Shown here one piece after another: positions 13,501 to 25,082 of a stretch of 64,000 nt of DNA (within the stretch, counting starts at the first letter, position 1; every line of letters starts with the position of its first letter). The translations under genes were made by a program, and so were the position numbers. Below the pieces are notes generated by a model, which worked only from the letters and a program-made list of their open reading frames with translations, searched no databases and was not told where the DNA came from. This stretch comes from Ylistrum balloti (Eukaryota), in NCBI RefSeq assembly GCF_031769215.1, contig NW_026782322.1, forward strand, positions 1 to 64,000, written 5' to 3'.

Positions 13501-16500
13501 CCTTGGGCATTGTTTGGGAGATCATTATCACCGTCTATCTTTAACAAGTGTCTGGAACAGTTACTACTCGCCAACACTACCAAATAAACAGATGCTTCGA
13601 AAAGCTGACATTTTTTTTACACAGAGATGCTTGTCGTTTTGCTGTCACGAATGAATTTATACATTATGTAATCATGGTATGGAATTACTGTAAAATCATG
13701 ACTTTTCGTGGGTAGTTTATTTTCGTTGAATTCGTCGTGGTTACTCTTAATCCGCGAATAAATGTGGCCGATAAACCAATGAAAATTGACATGGATTTTA
13801 GTACTAGTCGTGAATAATACATATCCATGAAATCAAAATGCTTACGATAACGTATATTTTTGGAAAACCACAAAATTGAGATAAACGAAAATATATGACT
13901 TTACAGTAAGCGATATATTTCATGAATGATGGAAACATTAAATTGGTTACCATCTTATGAACTGTCGTCACTTTTGTCATTAAATAATTACTAATATTAT
14001 TGAATCAGAATATAAAATAGTTTAATCTTTAATATAAGCTTTTACTGAGGAGAGTAGGTGTGCAGTGTTTTTAATTGCTTATCCGGTATTCCTGGTGGGT
14101 GGTCTCCGGCTACAATGAAGAATTCTGGGTTGGAATTCTAATCCGCCTGTATTATCGAAACGTTTAAAATGTGCTACACCAAGAATGATTCCATTTTGAA
14201 ACATTATCAGCTCCGTAAAATTTGTTGAACTCCTTTTGAAAAGATTGTTTTTGATCACCTAAACAGCCCTCACAAGTCACAACACAAACTTGTTAGATAA
14301 TATTTTTGACAATTGTTTACGGAAACAGACACAGTTTGTTGCATAAATGAGTAAAACGACCATCACCTCATCATCGTTACAAGCAGTAATGAGAGGTAAT
14401 CTACCATTGTCATGTAAAAGAACAATAAACGTTATTGAAGTGTTGGTATAATTTACATACTGTGGCGACTTACCATTAACAAAGATCAGAAGAGAGAACT
14501 TTTATTCATATCTTGTACATGGAATGGTGGTCTGTCACGAACCACGTGTCACGGTTGGTCATAGTACTGAGTGGCAAGAAATAGACCAGTATGGCTTCTC
14601 CTGGTCTTATATCACACTCCCACGTAACCAATTACACAACACCCATCTGTCATTTCCGGTAATTTGTAATTTACATAAATGTATATGCAATCTTAACATG
14701 AAACAGATAATGAATATACACAGGCGTATAATTTGGCATGAAAACAAATGCTATTATAAGAGATATAAAGAGATGTACTAGTTACGAGCCCAGACGATAT
14801 AAATTTGTTGTCGCACTAAACATCTGGGAAGCCCGTTAATGTCTGAGATTGGTTAGTGTAGTCGTTACTTATCGTCGTTACTTACCAGTTATCTGACTAA
14901 ACTGATAGGCATTAGTTTAAACTTTTGTTTTATTTTTTAAAAATTCATACATGAAAACGTTGCTGTTGTGTAGAGGGGAGTGGAAAACAAGCTCATGTTT
15001 TCCCCTGTGATATAAAGTTACATTTTCTATAGAGATCAATTAGGTAGCAGAATATGATAATTGTATTCATATCATTATCATGTTAAGGACTGACAAAGGA
15101 ACACATGTTGTCTATCAGACAACCAAACCCAACAATCCTTCTATATATAATAGTTAAGTGAAATAAAAATTACTGAATGGAAACTTTTTCGTAATTTTGA
15201 TTTATTGCATAGTGTAGTCGCACAACCAAACTTTCTGAACACGCGCATTTTTTGGTAGTTTTCATCAATATAGGATGTCAGTTTTCGTTTATCAATTTGT
15301 CTTAATGGACTAGGATTAAACCTTTCGACGTCTGTTTTTGTCTCGATATATGCTTGAAATACTGTTAAATCATTGATTTTCGGGGGGCTTTTATTTTCGT
15401 TGAATTCGTGGTTACTCGTAATCAACAATACATATGTCCACCAAATAAATTGATAAAATTATTTTTAGTACCGGTGGATTCCGAGAGGTTTATCCACGAA
15501 ATAAGATATTAGCGAAAATGTGTATTACTAGAAAACCACGAAACTTCAGCCAAACGAAAATGTATGATTTTGCAGTATCACAACATTCAAAGTGCTGACG
15601 AAAAGGTTTATCTGCATAAACGGACAACACCAGGTTGTATTACGATGTTGCTACATGTATATATAAACACTGCTACGGGTTTGGACGATCTGACTTCCTG
15701 ATCCAGAATACTAACACCTGTATGTTCTCTACCCTAATTCTAGCCATATGAGTGCCATCAACATCAAAGTATATACAAAAAATATGGTCGCCCCGCCCAG
15801 CACGCGTGTACAACGGTACAGCAGGGGTCGGTCGGGACTACCATCGCTGTACTGTTGTATAGGAGACTCGTATCGTGTTATTTAACAATTCATATTTCAT
15901 GTTTATGATTTCTATCCAGCAGGTCAACAGGCCATTAGCAGTAAATTACATAGACTTCATCTCACCCAAACTGAATGTGAAAAATGCTTCCAAATTAATC
16001 ATAATGTTTACACTTGTTTTTTCGAAGACGTAACGATGAATCACACGACCCTATCCTCTAGATAGAACCGGATATCTCAAATTCTTTCAATAGTGTAAAT
16101 AAAAAATATTTTGGTCCGTTTTGCTTTTGAGTGTAACCTTAATATTTTTGTTGTATATTTTCAGATGTGTATACATCGCTACAAGAGCCTGGCCAGGTTC
16201 GGACTCATGCACATGATCGCAACTAACTTATGTGTGTGGGTGGAGAATATTGTCCGGGAAACCCTGCGCGAAATCGAAACCTATAACGTCCGGCACGGGA
16301 ACGTGGTCACGTGGATAGATCCGCACGTGTCTACCAATGATTCAGTATCCATGGGTATGTGTAATGGTCTCTCTAACAGTCCAGTGTATACAAACCGTTT
16401 TATACATGTTCTTAGTGATTATATCACCATTCGCCGATGAATTATTCATTTAACAAATAACACGATGTCAAAGTTCAAAAAATAAAAAAAAAGTGTTAAA

Positions 16501-19500
16501 GAACCATTAACCCGAAACATTTTTTCTTTTGTAGTAGTTTTGAAATAAAGTTGACAAGTAACACGTTTATTCAGGCAAAATACAGTAATAATATCGGCAT
16601 CAGTTAGACTGGCGGTTAGTCATTTATCATACAATGCTGGATAACTCTCGCTCGGATGGTTTTTTGTCGTATGGACCAATAAAATAACAGAAATTCGAGG
16701 ATAAATACCCGAACCTCTCTTGGGGAAAGTAACATTACCAAAATGCAAATATTAGATATAATAAAGATTCCTCCGAGAGAGGTTGATCCGGGTCATTATT
16801 GATCGTGCGTGCTTTTATACGATCCGATGTGGGCACGTGCTGTGTAGTTTGACAGATACAGATTTCCGGCAGCGTATCTTGTGTTTATGACTGATCTGGG
16901 ATATGTATCCTCCAGAAGGATTCTCGTCCGCTCACGGTCAAAAGACAACGTCACGAGATTATCATCACTTTGTGTCTTTAATCCACTAGTGTCAGTTCAC
17001 AGATCTCCCGATATTGCGTTAGTGTGCCGCCAGGGGGTTCTTTTCACGTGCTTGGTACCAGCATGCTTTGCGACGCCGCCGGTATTGTCGCCGTTGTAGA
17101 TAAGCTCGAGTAACGGTGCAGTTTCCATTGTTTTAAAACAATTACAACGAAATTAAATGGAAGTTCCGTATTGGCAAACGAAATAATGGCTCAATACGTC
17201 TAAAATTCAATCAATAGTGACGTCCGTGAACAAACCATCAGAAAGTCAATGTTTTTTTTAATCTTCCAAGTAATGTTTTTTAAGACGAAGAACATCTTTA
17301 TACTACTAGTATTACAGATCATATACGGATCTAAGAGTGGCAGTTAAAATAGACTTGCCACAGTAGTGAGTAAACGACTATATTTAGGACAAACACGATA
17401 AAAATATGTTTATGAACAGCTTCCTCGAGGAAACATAGGTTTATTACGGATTTTTTTATGCAGTTCCTGTTTAAATATCTATCTGTAAAGTTTTTCAGTA
17501 TCCGCTGTCAAACCCGTCAATCGGCCTTATATAGGTTTTAATAGGCATTGCTGACATGTTTTCATGTCCGACCAAATCTTAAAATTATTTGTCAATAAAC
17601 AGTAGATCTTGAAGTAGTTCATTTCGTACTTGAATACGTCACGTAGACAGCCTTCTATGATATGTAATGATATGATAATAATTTCAAGATATTGAACAAA
17701 ACCAAGAGTATTTACAATGTTCTCAAGGTTAACTTGTATCTTATTTAGCATTTCTAAAAAGCAATTCACAAGAATATTAATACCCAATAACTGCGTTTGT
17801 GACTGTGACACAAGTCAGTTTCTGATATTTGTATCGTTGACGTTTTTTTCTGATATATGTATCGTTGATGTTATACAGTACAAAATAGTTCAGTGGCGTC
17901 AGCCGGCATCATCCGATGTAACGGAAACTCATTGATGAAGTCTGTTGTGGAGTCGTCTGGCCCCTATCTCTACCCATGCAGTGTCGAGTACAGTATCATC
18001 TGTGCAGGTAAGTCTGACCCCTACCTGTACCCGTGTAGTGTGGAATACAGTATCATCTGTGCAGGTAAGTCTGACCCCTACCTCTACCCGTGTAGTGTTG
18101 AGTACAGTATCATCTGTACAGGAAAGTCTGGCCCCTACCTGTACCCTGTAGATCACAGTATCATCTGTACAGGTAAGTCTGGCCCCTACCTGTACCCGTG
18201 TAGAGTACAGTATCATCTGTACAGGTAAGCCTGACCCCTACCTGTACCCGTGTAGAGTACAGTATCATCTGTACAGGTAAGTCTGGCCCCTACCTGTACC
18301 CTGTAGAGTACAGTATCATCTGTACAGGTAAGTCTGGCCCCTACCTGTACCCTGTAGAGTACAGTATCATCTGTACAGGTAAGTCTGGCCCCTACCTGTA
18401 CCCTGTAGAGTACAGTATCATCTGTACAGGTAAGTCTGGCCCTTACCTGTACCCTGTAGAGTACAGTATCATCTGTACAGGTAAGTCTGGCCCTTACCTA
18501 TAGAAACGATCTTATTAAGCATTTCCTTACACAAAATTACGGACCATCGTAAGCATTGCCAGTGTTGACAGTTATTTCCATTCATCAATGCTTCTGATAT
18601 CAAATATTTTACTCTCTACTTTGAGCCAAGCAGGTTTTTGTAAGATTTTATCATTGCACAACTCAGTTGCATACAAGCCTTATACGTTGTTTTAAGCTTC
18701 GAATCCATGAATATAGAATGTTTCAAAGCAAAAGAACTGTTTTAAATATTGAAAGTCCAATGCATGATAATTTTACACTCTACCTGCAGGTATTTTGTAC
18801 GTGATGTGGAAGAATATAGGACGATTCCAGATGGGTTACGATGGCAATGACGTACAAGACATTGAATCTAAGGTTAAGGCCCAGAGGATCAACGTCGACT
18901 GTTCCGGATCTAGTCGGGGTCTTTTCATCGGAATATTTGTCTTAGTTGCCACTGTCATAACCATGATAATATTTTTCGTTCTGATTGGCTCGTTGTCATA
19001 TTTGGATACGGCTCTTAAATTGGAACACCTTTCGGAAGTAGTCATATACGTTTTGACGTCGATCGCCGTCATCTTGGCGTTTCACCGAATGCAGGCTTTA
19101 CGTTACTCGATTGAGAAGCAGATAGACCTTGAAGAAAGCCTTCTCTTGGTTGGAGTGATAGGAGAATTTACGTTTGGATTATTTAGTATCATCGCTGCTG
19201 CCATGGACAGTCAAGAATCCAATGGGTTCCTTGTCATATTATCTAGTGTCCTGGGAATGTTTCAGGCCACTCTTCAAACTGTGTTCCTTCTGCACGCGCT
19301 CCGGAAATCCGCGGGAAAACGGGAGCACGAGCGACAGAAACCTGGTCGCGAGTTTGTGACATTCTTGTTAGTGTGTAATATTGCTCTGTGGAGTATTACT
19401 ACGTTTGAGGTTTTGCGGTCTCAAGCTAACCCAATGCAATTGAACTATTATGGTGTTGTGGCTTGGAACATTGTCAATCATGTGTCTATCCCACTGACAA

Positions 19501-19580
19501 TATTTTTCAGGTTTCACTCGACAGTGTGTTTGTCGAACATATGGAAAAATGCTTGGAGGCGACGTTACCCTAGTGGTTAG
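4561..19580 (+). CDS. Otop: Otopetrin-family proton channel (OtopLc-like), multi-exon, about 622 aa if the tentative 5' exons are right
   Basis: Well-supported exons with GT-AG ends and matching phases: 12202-12316 (DSLFIIVSGLYAMLVVVMG), 12461-12680 (GFYIYLYSVSIIFL...GSFYLRLGAV), 12891-13051 (FGVGSMI...FIQLYFVFLNSK), 16165-16354 (ARFGLMHMIATNLCVW), 17879-18007 (GPYLYPCSVEYSIICA), 18790-19580 (KPGREFVTFLLVCNIALW...IFFRFHSTVCL, stop 19578-19580). These are hallmark otopetrin motifs. Tentative, phase-compatible N-terminal exons: 4561-4602, 6497-6569, 7389-7536. Total 1869 nt = 623 codons. Confidence 0.93.
9861..12153. repeat. Intronic minisatellite of about 2.3 kb; 34-bp unit TACTCCTAGTAATCCTATATTAGAACAGTCGCCA interleaved with 50-bp variants
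   Basis: Near-identical tandem units without spacers; the 50-bp form adds TACTCCTAGTAAGTAA. AGTAGTACGC occurs at both ends (9861-9870, 12144-12153). The array ends 48 nt before the exon starting at 12202. Confidence 0.97.
13686..13908. mobile_element. MITE, TIR TACTGTAAAATCAT...ATGACTTTACAGTA (Tc1/mariner-like TA ends), copy 1
   Basis: 13/14 terminal inverted match; related copies at 15360, 39195 and 62031 share the termini, and those at 15360 and 62031 also share subterminal motifs (AAACCAC..AAA..GAAAAT.TATGA). Confidence 0.75.
15360..15577. mobile_element. MITE of the same TACTGT...ACAGTA family, copy 2
   Basis: TACTGTTAAATCAT...ATGATTTTGCAGTA termini; the internal TTTATTTTCGTTGAATTCGT motif is shared with the 13686 copy. 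Confidence 0.72.
17952..18498 (+). repeat. Tandem array derived from the 3' end of an otopetrin exon plus its splice donor: 9 added units of 57,57,51,52,52,51,51,51,51 bp
   Basis: Unit GTAAGTCTGGCCCCTACCTGTACCCTGTAGAGTACAGTATCATCTGTACAG. Junction-following bases at 18008, 18065, 18122 (GAAAGT, not a donor), 18173, 18225, 18277, 18328, 18379, 18430, 18481. Confidence 0.95.
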
Positions 19581-19790
19581 ATTTCAGTATCACAGACGAG
19601 AAAACCCAAATCATACCATTTTGTCACTGCTTGGTGCTACAAATTCATCTTGTCATGCCTATACACCAGTAATGTTCTTCAATTCTCACCTGAATGAAGA
19701 GATTCAATCGTAACAGTGACTAACCATAAGGTCCAACCACGTGACTGCATTGAGGCTTGTTGATATGACGTCATCATAATCTTTATGCAA

Positions 19791-19796
19791 AATAAA
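19791..19796 (+). terminator. Candidate polyadenylation signal (AATAAA) of the otopetrin gene
   Basis: First AATAAA about 210 nt after the stop codon; use not demonstrated. Confidence 0.4.
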
Positions 19797-20296
19797 GCCA
19801 ACTAAAAGAAAATCTAGAAATTCAGGTCGCTAGTATCTATGTTCAACAAAAAGAAAGCTTAGAAGATGGATTTATGTTGTCGATAATCTCGTCGGGCCAA
19901 CATCTTTACAGGATACAGTACTAGAAGGTTTCACGTCGACATTTTAATTCAATGCTATAACATGTTTTCAAAGTTGAACACTTTGAAACAATCAAAAGTT
20001 TAGCAGTCCATGATGCTACAGAAAATTATCGGCCAATATTAGATGTAATCTTTTGTTATCTTCTATTGAATTGTTTTCTATGTATTTGGTTGTGCATCTG
20101 TAGGAAAAAAAAACATTGTCAGCAATGTATACAATTTTGGCAGCATTTTTAAATAGTACATTAGTATTTCTGATAATGGGTCGGTCATATCTTCTCGTAT
20201 ACAGTTGACAATTTGATGGTATTGTTTGCCGACGCAGTGCTAGTGAGGTGGCCTGATGCACTGTACAAGTGAGATTTAATTCTGCACGGACTTCGA

Positions 20297-20448
20297 TCTC
20301 TCCCCCTCCCAGTCTCTCTCTCCTCCCTCCCTGTCTCCACCCCCCTTCCCCTCTCTCTTTCCTCCCTCCCTGTCTCCCCCCTTCCCCTCTCTCTCTCCTC
20401 CCTCCCTGTCCCCCCCCCCCCGTTCTCCATCTCTCTCGCCTCTCCCCT
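20297..20448. repeat. C/T-rich polypyrimidine simple repeat
   Basis: Iterated CTCTCTCTCCTCCCTCCCTGTC units; explains ORFs 20185-20430 and 20269-20532. Confidence 0.9.
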
Positions 20449-21486
20449 ACTACTACATTGTACGTTTACTCTTCTCCTGAAATTGAAAATGAAATTAATT
20501 TAACGATCCACGTTTTCAGCATAATAGCATAATGTATTACTGTATATGTTTTCTTCTACTAGTTCTTCAAATTTATTGTGGAGATCAAATGGCTTAATAA
20601 AACACGAAGGAATTACTTACAGCTTTAGTTACACCATTACCTGCCTTACTACAACGGCAGGAAATCCAGTCTAAGGACCGAGCTTCGGAGCGCAGCCAAA
20701 ATAAGACTGACAACCAGCGTATTTCAACATGATGCTATTTGATCCACATCGTATTGTAATTCATCAGTATTACCTCAACAGAATCATTGTAAATAGCCTT
20801 TTAAATTATGGAGAATATATGTCATGACCAATGAATATTGTATACACATGTATATTAACATTATATCAGTGATGCACAATGTTTTACAACAAAATTTCAA
20901 CTTAAATATTAAAATTGATACATATTTGAAGAAAAAATTGTTGATTTCTTGTCTTTTTGTGAATTACAGGGCGTGAATATCTCATTTTCTAATCCTCTGC
21001 ATATAAGATTTCGAATACGAACATATTTGTATATTTGAAGTGAATAATTGTAAAAGTAAAAGGGGAGGGGGCCGGTGAGATATCTTTTTCAAGTGGGTTA
21101 AGAACTGGCTTGTAGTAGATCGAAATTTTCTGTTTCTAATACTACAATATCGTGGTGCTGGAGACATTTTCGCATGAAAATAAATCGATAAAATGAAAGA
21201 AAAACAACAACACAACTATTGATCTTTAAACGTTCACTCTGACCTTACATGGGCAGTTAAGAATAAGTATCTCGTAACCTAGCGTTTTACCATCTGTTTG
21301 GACAAATAGAAAAGAGAAAAAAATGTATTATAAATGCATTCATGCAGATAGTGTTTTTTGTAATATTGACATTAGCTACATCCTTTTTTAGATTTAATAA
21401 TTATAATAAAAGCTCTCAAAAATAATCGAAGAATTTGTCCCTGCTGATCTGAAGTGAAACACGAACACACGGTTCAGGGTAAAGAT

Positions 21487-22640
21487 GTTCAAGATTTCAA
21501 GATTTTTATTTCTCTCAGACAACAACAATGTGTGACAAGAGGTCATACATAATGAAACATTTTTAGTACATGACAGGCAGCCATAGTTATAAACATGTTA
21601 TATATTTGTTGATTTTCCGAAAACATACATTGTAAGCAGCTCAAACATTTTAATATCTAGGACAATCAATGCTAACAATTAACGCAGTCGCATTATAAAA
21701 TGTATGACAATCGTTGGATAAACATGCTTACATTCATCAATAACTTTTTATTAAAGACTGTGAACATCCCTTTCATTTTGTATCGGTTAGGATATTTACA
21801 GTAGTATCCCGGGATATACTTCAGTCTTAGCTGTTTTACTTCATCATTATTACACAAAAATATAAAATGAAACTCATCTCCTATACCATTATTACACATG
21901 GGACATACTCGATCAAGATGTTGTATCCCTCTCCATCCACCTAATTCTACCGGTAATTTACCATTTGCTGTTCTGAATTTACAGGTAAATTCTGCATCTT
22001 TTTTATTCAACCGTAATAAATAGTCTTCAATACCAAATTCATTTTTGAAAATACTATATACTTGTCCTCTGGACGATTTTTCCATTTCGTCGAACCAAGA
22101 TTGGACAAACTGGTCCTTCAGTCTCTGAGCAACTTCAGATTTTAAAAAATTGATATGTGGTAAACAAGTTTTCTGAAACATCCATACATGACCTAATCCA
22201 ACACTGTTTAAAATATTTTTGATGCAGTTTATCCATTTGAATTCTATTTGGCCTGTTTCGTTGAGTGAATACATCAATTTATACATGCAACTTGATAATT
22301 TATTCTCATTCAGGATTAGTGATTACCAATATTTAACCATTCTTAATTTAATATCTATAGTAATAGGGTATCTTCCGATTTCTCCGTAGACCATAAAATT
22401 GGTTGTACTTTTCTTCAACCCCAAAATTCTCTTACAAAATTGTAAATGTATCTTTTCAATAAGATGACAGTTCTCATATCCCCATATTTCACTTGATTAT
22501 AATAAAATCGGGGATACCAATGCATCAAATAATTTCAATTTCAAATCAAGCGGTAAATCAATATTTCTTATTTTTCGGTATAAATCGGATATCGAGAGTA
22601 TTGAAGTCAAGATGTTTTTGGTTGAATTTGGCGTTTGAAA
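21487..22640 (-). mobile_element. 5'-truncated, decayed non-LTR retrotransposon (RTE-X-like C-terminal region)
   Basis: Minus strand reads ...KLKLFDALV (frameshift) EIWGYENCHLIEKIHLQFCKRILGLKKSTTNFMVYGEIGRYP...YW* (premature stop), then ORF 21693-22286 with FRTANGKLPVELGGW..RVCPMCNNGIGDEFHFIFLC (post-RT CCHC-type motif). The 3' end has AATAAA followed by a short (A)ATCTTGA repeated tail at about 21487-21510. Clade assignment is from recalled family features. Confidence 0.85.
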
Positions 22641-23439
22641 TTATACTACAATACATTTCAGAGGGATTGTATAAATACAAGAAAATGAGCAGCGTATTTG
22701 TATTTAAATTAAGTGATTGAGAAAGTATATTTATATGAAAATAATGAAAAAATAAACAACTGCATTCAAAATGTTTCGTCCGAATAGGTCTCTTCTGTGG
22801 TTCTAATGGTTGAACGAGCTGCTAGGTGTTAGAAGGGAGGTAACCTAATCGCTTTATTGCATTAAAATCTAGAATTAAGGTTTATGACAAACCTTTAGGA
22901 CTATACTGAACACAGTATACAGGATACAAGCAAGTGAAAAAAGCACAGAGAATACGCTGAATTATTTTTCAGGATGTGTTTTCATTAAATGGCAAATCCA
23001 AATGTTTAAACACAAATAGTGTTACCCATTTAAGAACAGGGATGTGGTGTTTTGGTTGTGTATTTATGAGCCAGACATGCTCACGAAAAACTTCCATTTG
23101 GACGATAATCTTATTTTAGTAAATTCTGCCATTCGTCATCTCGTGTCCTTAACTTCCTATTTCCTTATAGTCGCATTCAGAACAGTAAAATCATCGCCTT
23201 TGATGTTAGAATAGATTCATGAAAGGTCATTTGACTTTCGATTGATTGTCGGTTGATCTGTTGTTGTACTGGTTTTATTACTTGCAATATTGATAAGTCT
23301 TCTTGAGGACGTGCTTTCTTTTCTTTTTATTATTCAGAAGGTATGTCTTGGTTTCAATCATGTCGAAAATCACGCCTTAAGTATCGTTTAATCTCGCTCC
23401 ATATTGGTTCACACAAAAACAACAAAATATCGACAAGAT

Positions 23440-24095
23440 AAAAATATCGTAAGCTCAACTGAAAATCAATGAAACTGTGGTAAAATATGAACAAAAATAT
23501 TTACACGGAGATCTTCAAAGTACAAGGTGAATGAGACCAGGTATTCCGGAAGGTGTAGGGTTTTTCTGTTTCATTAACGACACCCGGTTAACCTCATTAT
23601 ATTGCTAATAATGTCACATCTTCAAACAAGGATAGAATTAATGAAACCACCAGGCATACTAAAAGACAACGAAAATATTCAGATACATATCGCAGAATGA
23701 AATGGAATGTTTCTCAATGTAATCATGCTTCATCGACGGACCTGCGTATCCCTTGTGCTGTGGGTTTATTTGTCAGCTGTTGGTATCTTTACGAGGATTA
23801 TGATGATGGATTGAATATCGAATAAGCATCCACCATTGGTTGGGAAGAGTGTATATCGATATCTAGAAATCGACAATACAGCTTGTTCGAGAGCTGTCCC
23901 TGTTGGTTTGTTGTAAGAAGACATCGAGGTAGGGCAGCTAATGTAGAAATGTCTGTCGTGTCCTTGATTTCAAATTCAATTTTTTTTTGTCACTGAAATG
24001 AGTTGGAAGACTTGGCAAGATCTTTGTGTCCTGTCTTGATAAGCTCTTCCATAAATTCAGCATCGTATGAAAATAAAACAAGTCTGCAAAATGAA
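23440..24095 (-). mobile_element. Highly degenerate Penelope-like element RT remnant
   Basis: Minus-strand fragments with frameshifts: ADLF(L)FSYDAEFMEELIKTGHKDLAKS (about 24003-24090), EFEIKDTTD (23951-23977), QQLTNKPTAQGY; plus a CCTTCCGGAATACCTG-type 3' motif near 23530-23600 that resembles bivalve PLE 3' ends. The YxDD segment appears to be deleted. Confidence 0.55.
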
Positions 24096-24117
24096 GAGCG
24101 TGACTTGGTCTTATGTG

Positions 24118-24397
24118 GGGACATTGATCATTGTGTGTGTTTAGTCTGTTGGAAGACATTAAGGGACATTGATCATTGTGTGTGTTTGGTCTGGGACATT
24201 GATCATTGTGTGTGTTTAGTCTGTTGGAAGACATTAAGGGACATTGATCATTGTGTGTGTTTGGTCTGTTGAAGGCATTAAGGATGACTTAGTCCAATGT
24301 GGGGACATTGATCATTGTGTGTGTTTAGTCTGATGACTTGGTCCAATGTGGGGACATTGATCATTGTGTGTGTTTAGTCTGTTGGAAGAAATTAAGG
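24118..24397. repeat. Short tandem array, about 30-45 bp variable units (GGGACATTGATCATTGTGTGTGTTTAGTCTG)
   Basis: About six copies of the GGACATTGATCATTGTGTGTGTTT core; explains the repetitive ORFs 23938-24234 and 24003-24272. Confidence 0.9.
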
Positions 24398-24983
24398 ATA
24401 AAAATCAAATTTTTAATAACAGCCGATACTAATTGATTCAGCGCAATGTATTATGCTCTTTGTATATTAATATAATATTGTTGAGAACACCATTGTATCA
24501 AATTGTGTAGGAGTCCGTCGCCTCGTCTGCACCGAGGCTACCTCAAAGTGTGAAATACCTATATAAGGACGAAATAGCTGTTAGACTCTACCGTGCTGGT
24601 GCCTTTTGTCCCCTAAATTGTAGGCAAAATCAAATATACTTCTAGTATCGGATCTTATAAACTCCTCAACAAATTACTCGATTTAAAATTAAGACAATAG
24701 TTGGGTTAGATTGCAACATAGATATATATCAGTTTTATAATGTATTTCGATAATCCAAACAATTATCAAATCTATTCTTGAGAGAGTTTATGATTGGTGT
24801 TAACCTCATCTTCCAGGAGGATATTTTAAAATTTTAACGACATAGAGAAAAAAGTTTTGCTTACGGATTCAGAGTGTGAGAGGAACATTTTTCCTTAATA
24901 TGGCCCTGTTCCTTGTCTTTTGATTTGATCTTTCCAGAACTTAATTATCCTTAGATGCATCACTACCACAAACAAGCATTGAG

Positions 24984-25082
24984 CTGCTTTCAGTTGGCAT
25001 TCACGGGTATATGAATGCCAACAGGATAAGAGTAACTTCAAAGAAGCAGTTAGCATAGCCCATGAATGCCAACTGAAAGCAG
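24984..25082. repeat. 99-bp inverted repeat with 24-bp arms
   Basis: CTGCTTTCAGTTGGCATTCACGGG (24984-25007) versus CCCATGAATGCCAACTGAAAGCAG (25059-25082), 23/24 complementary; an internal third partial copy TGAATGCCAAC lies at 25012-25022. Confidence 0.85.
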
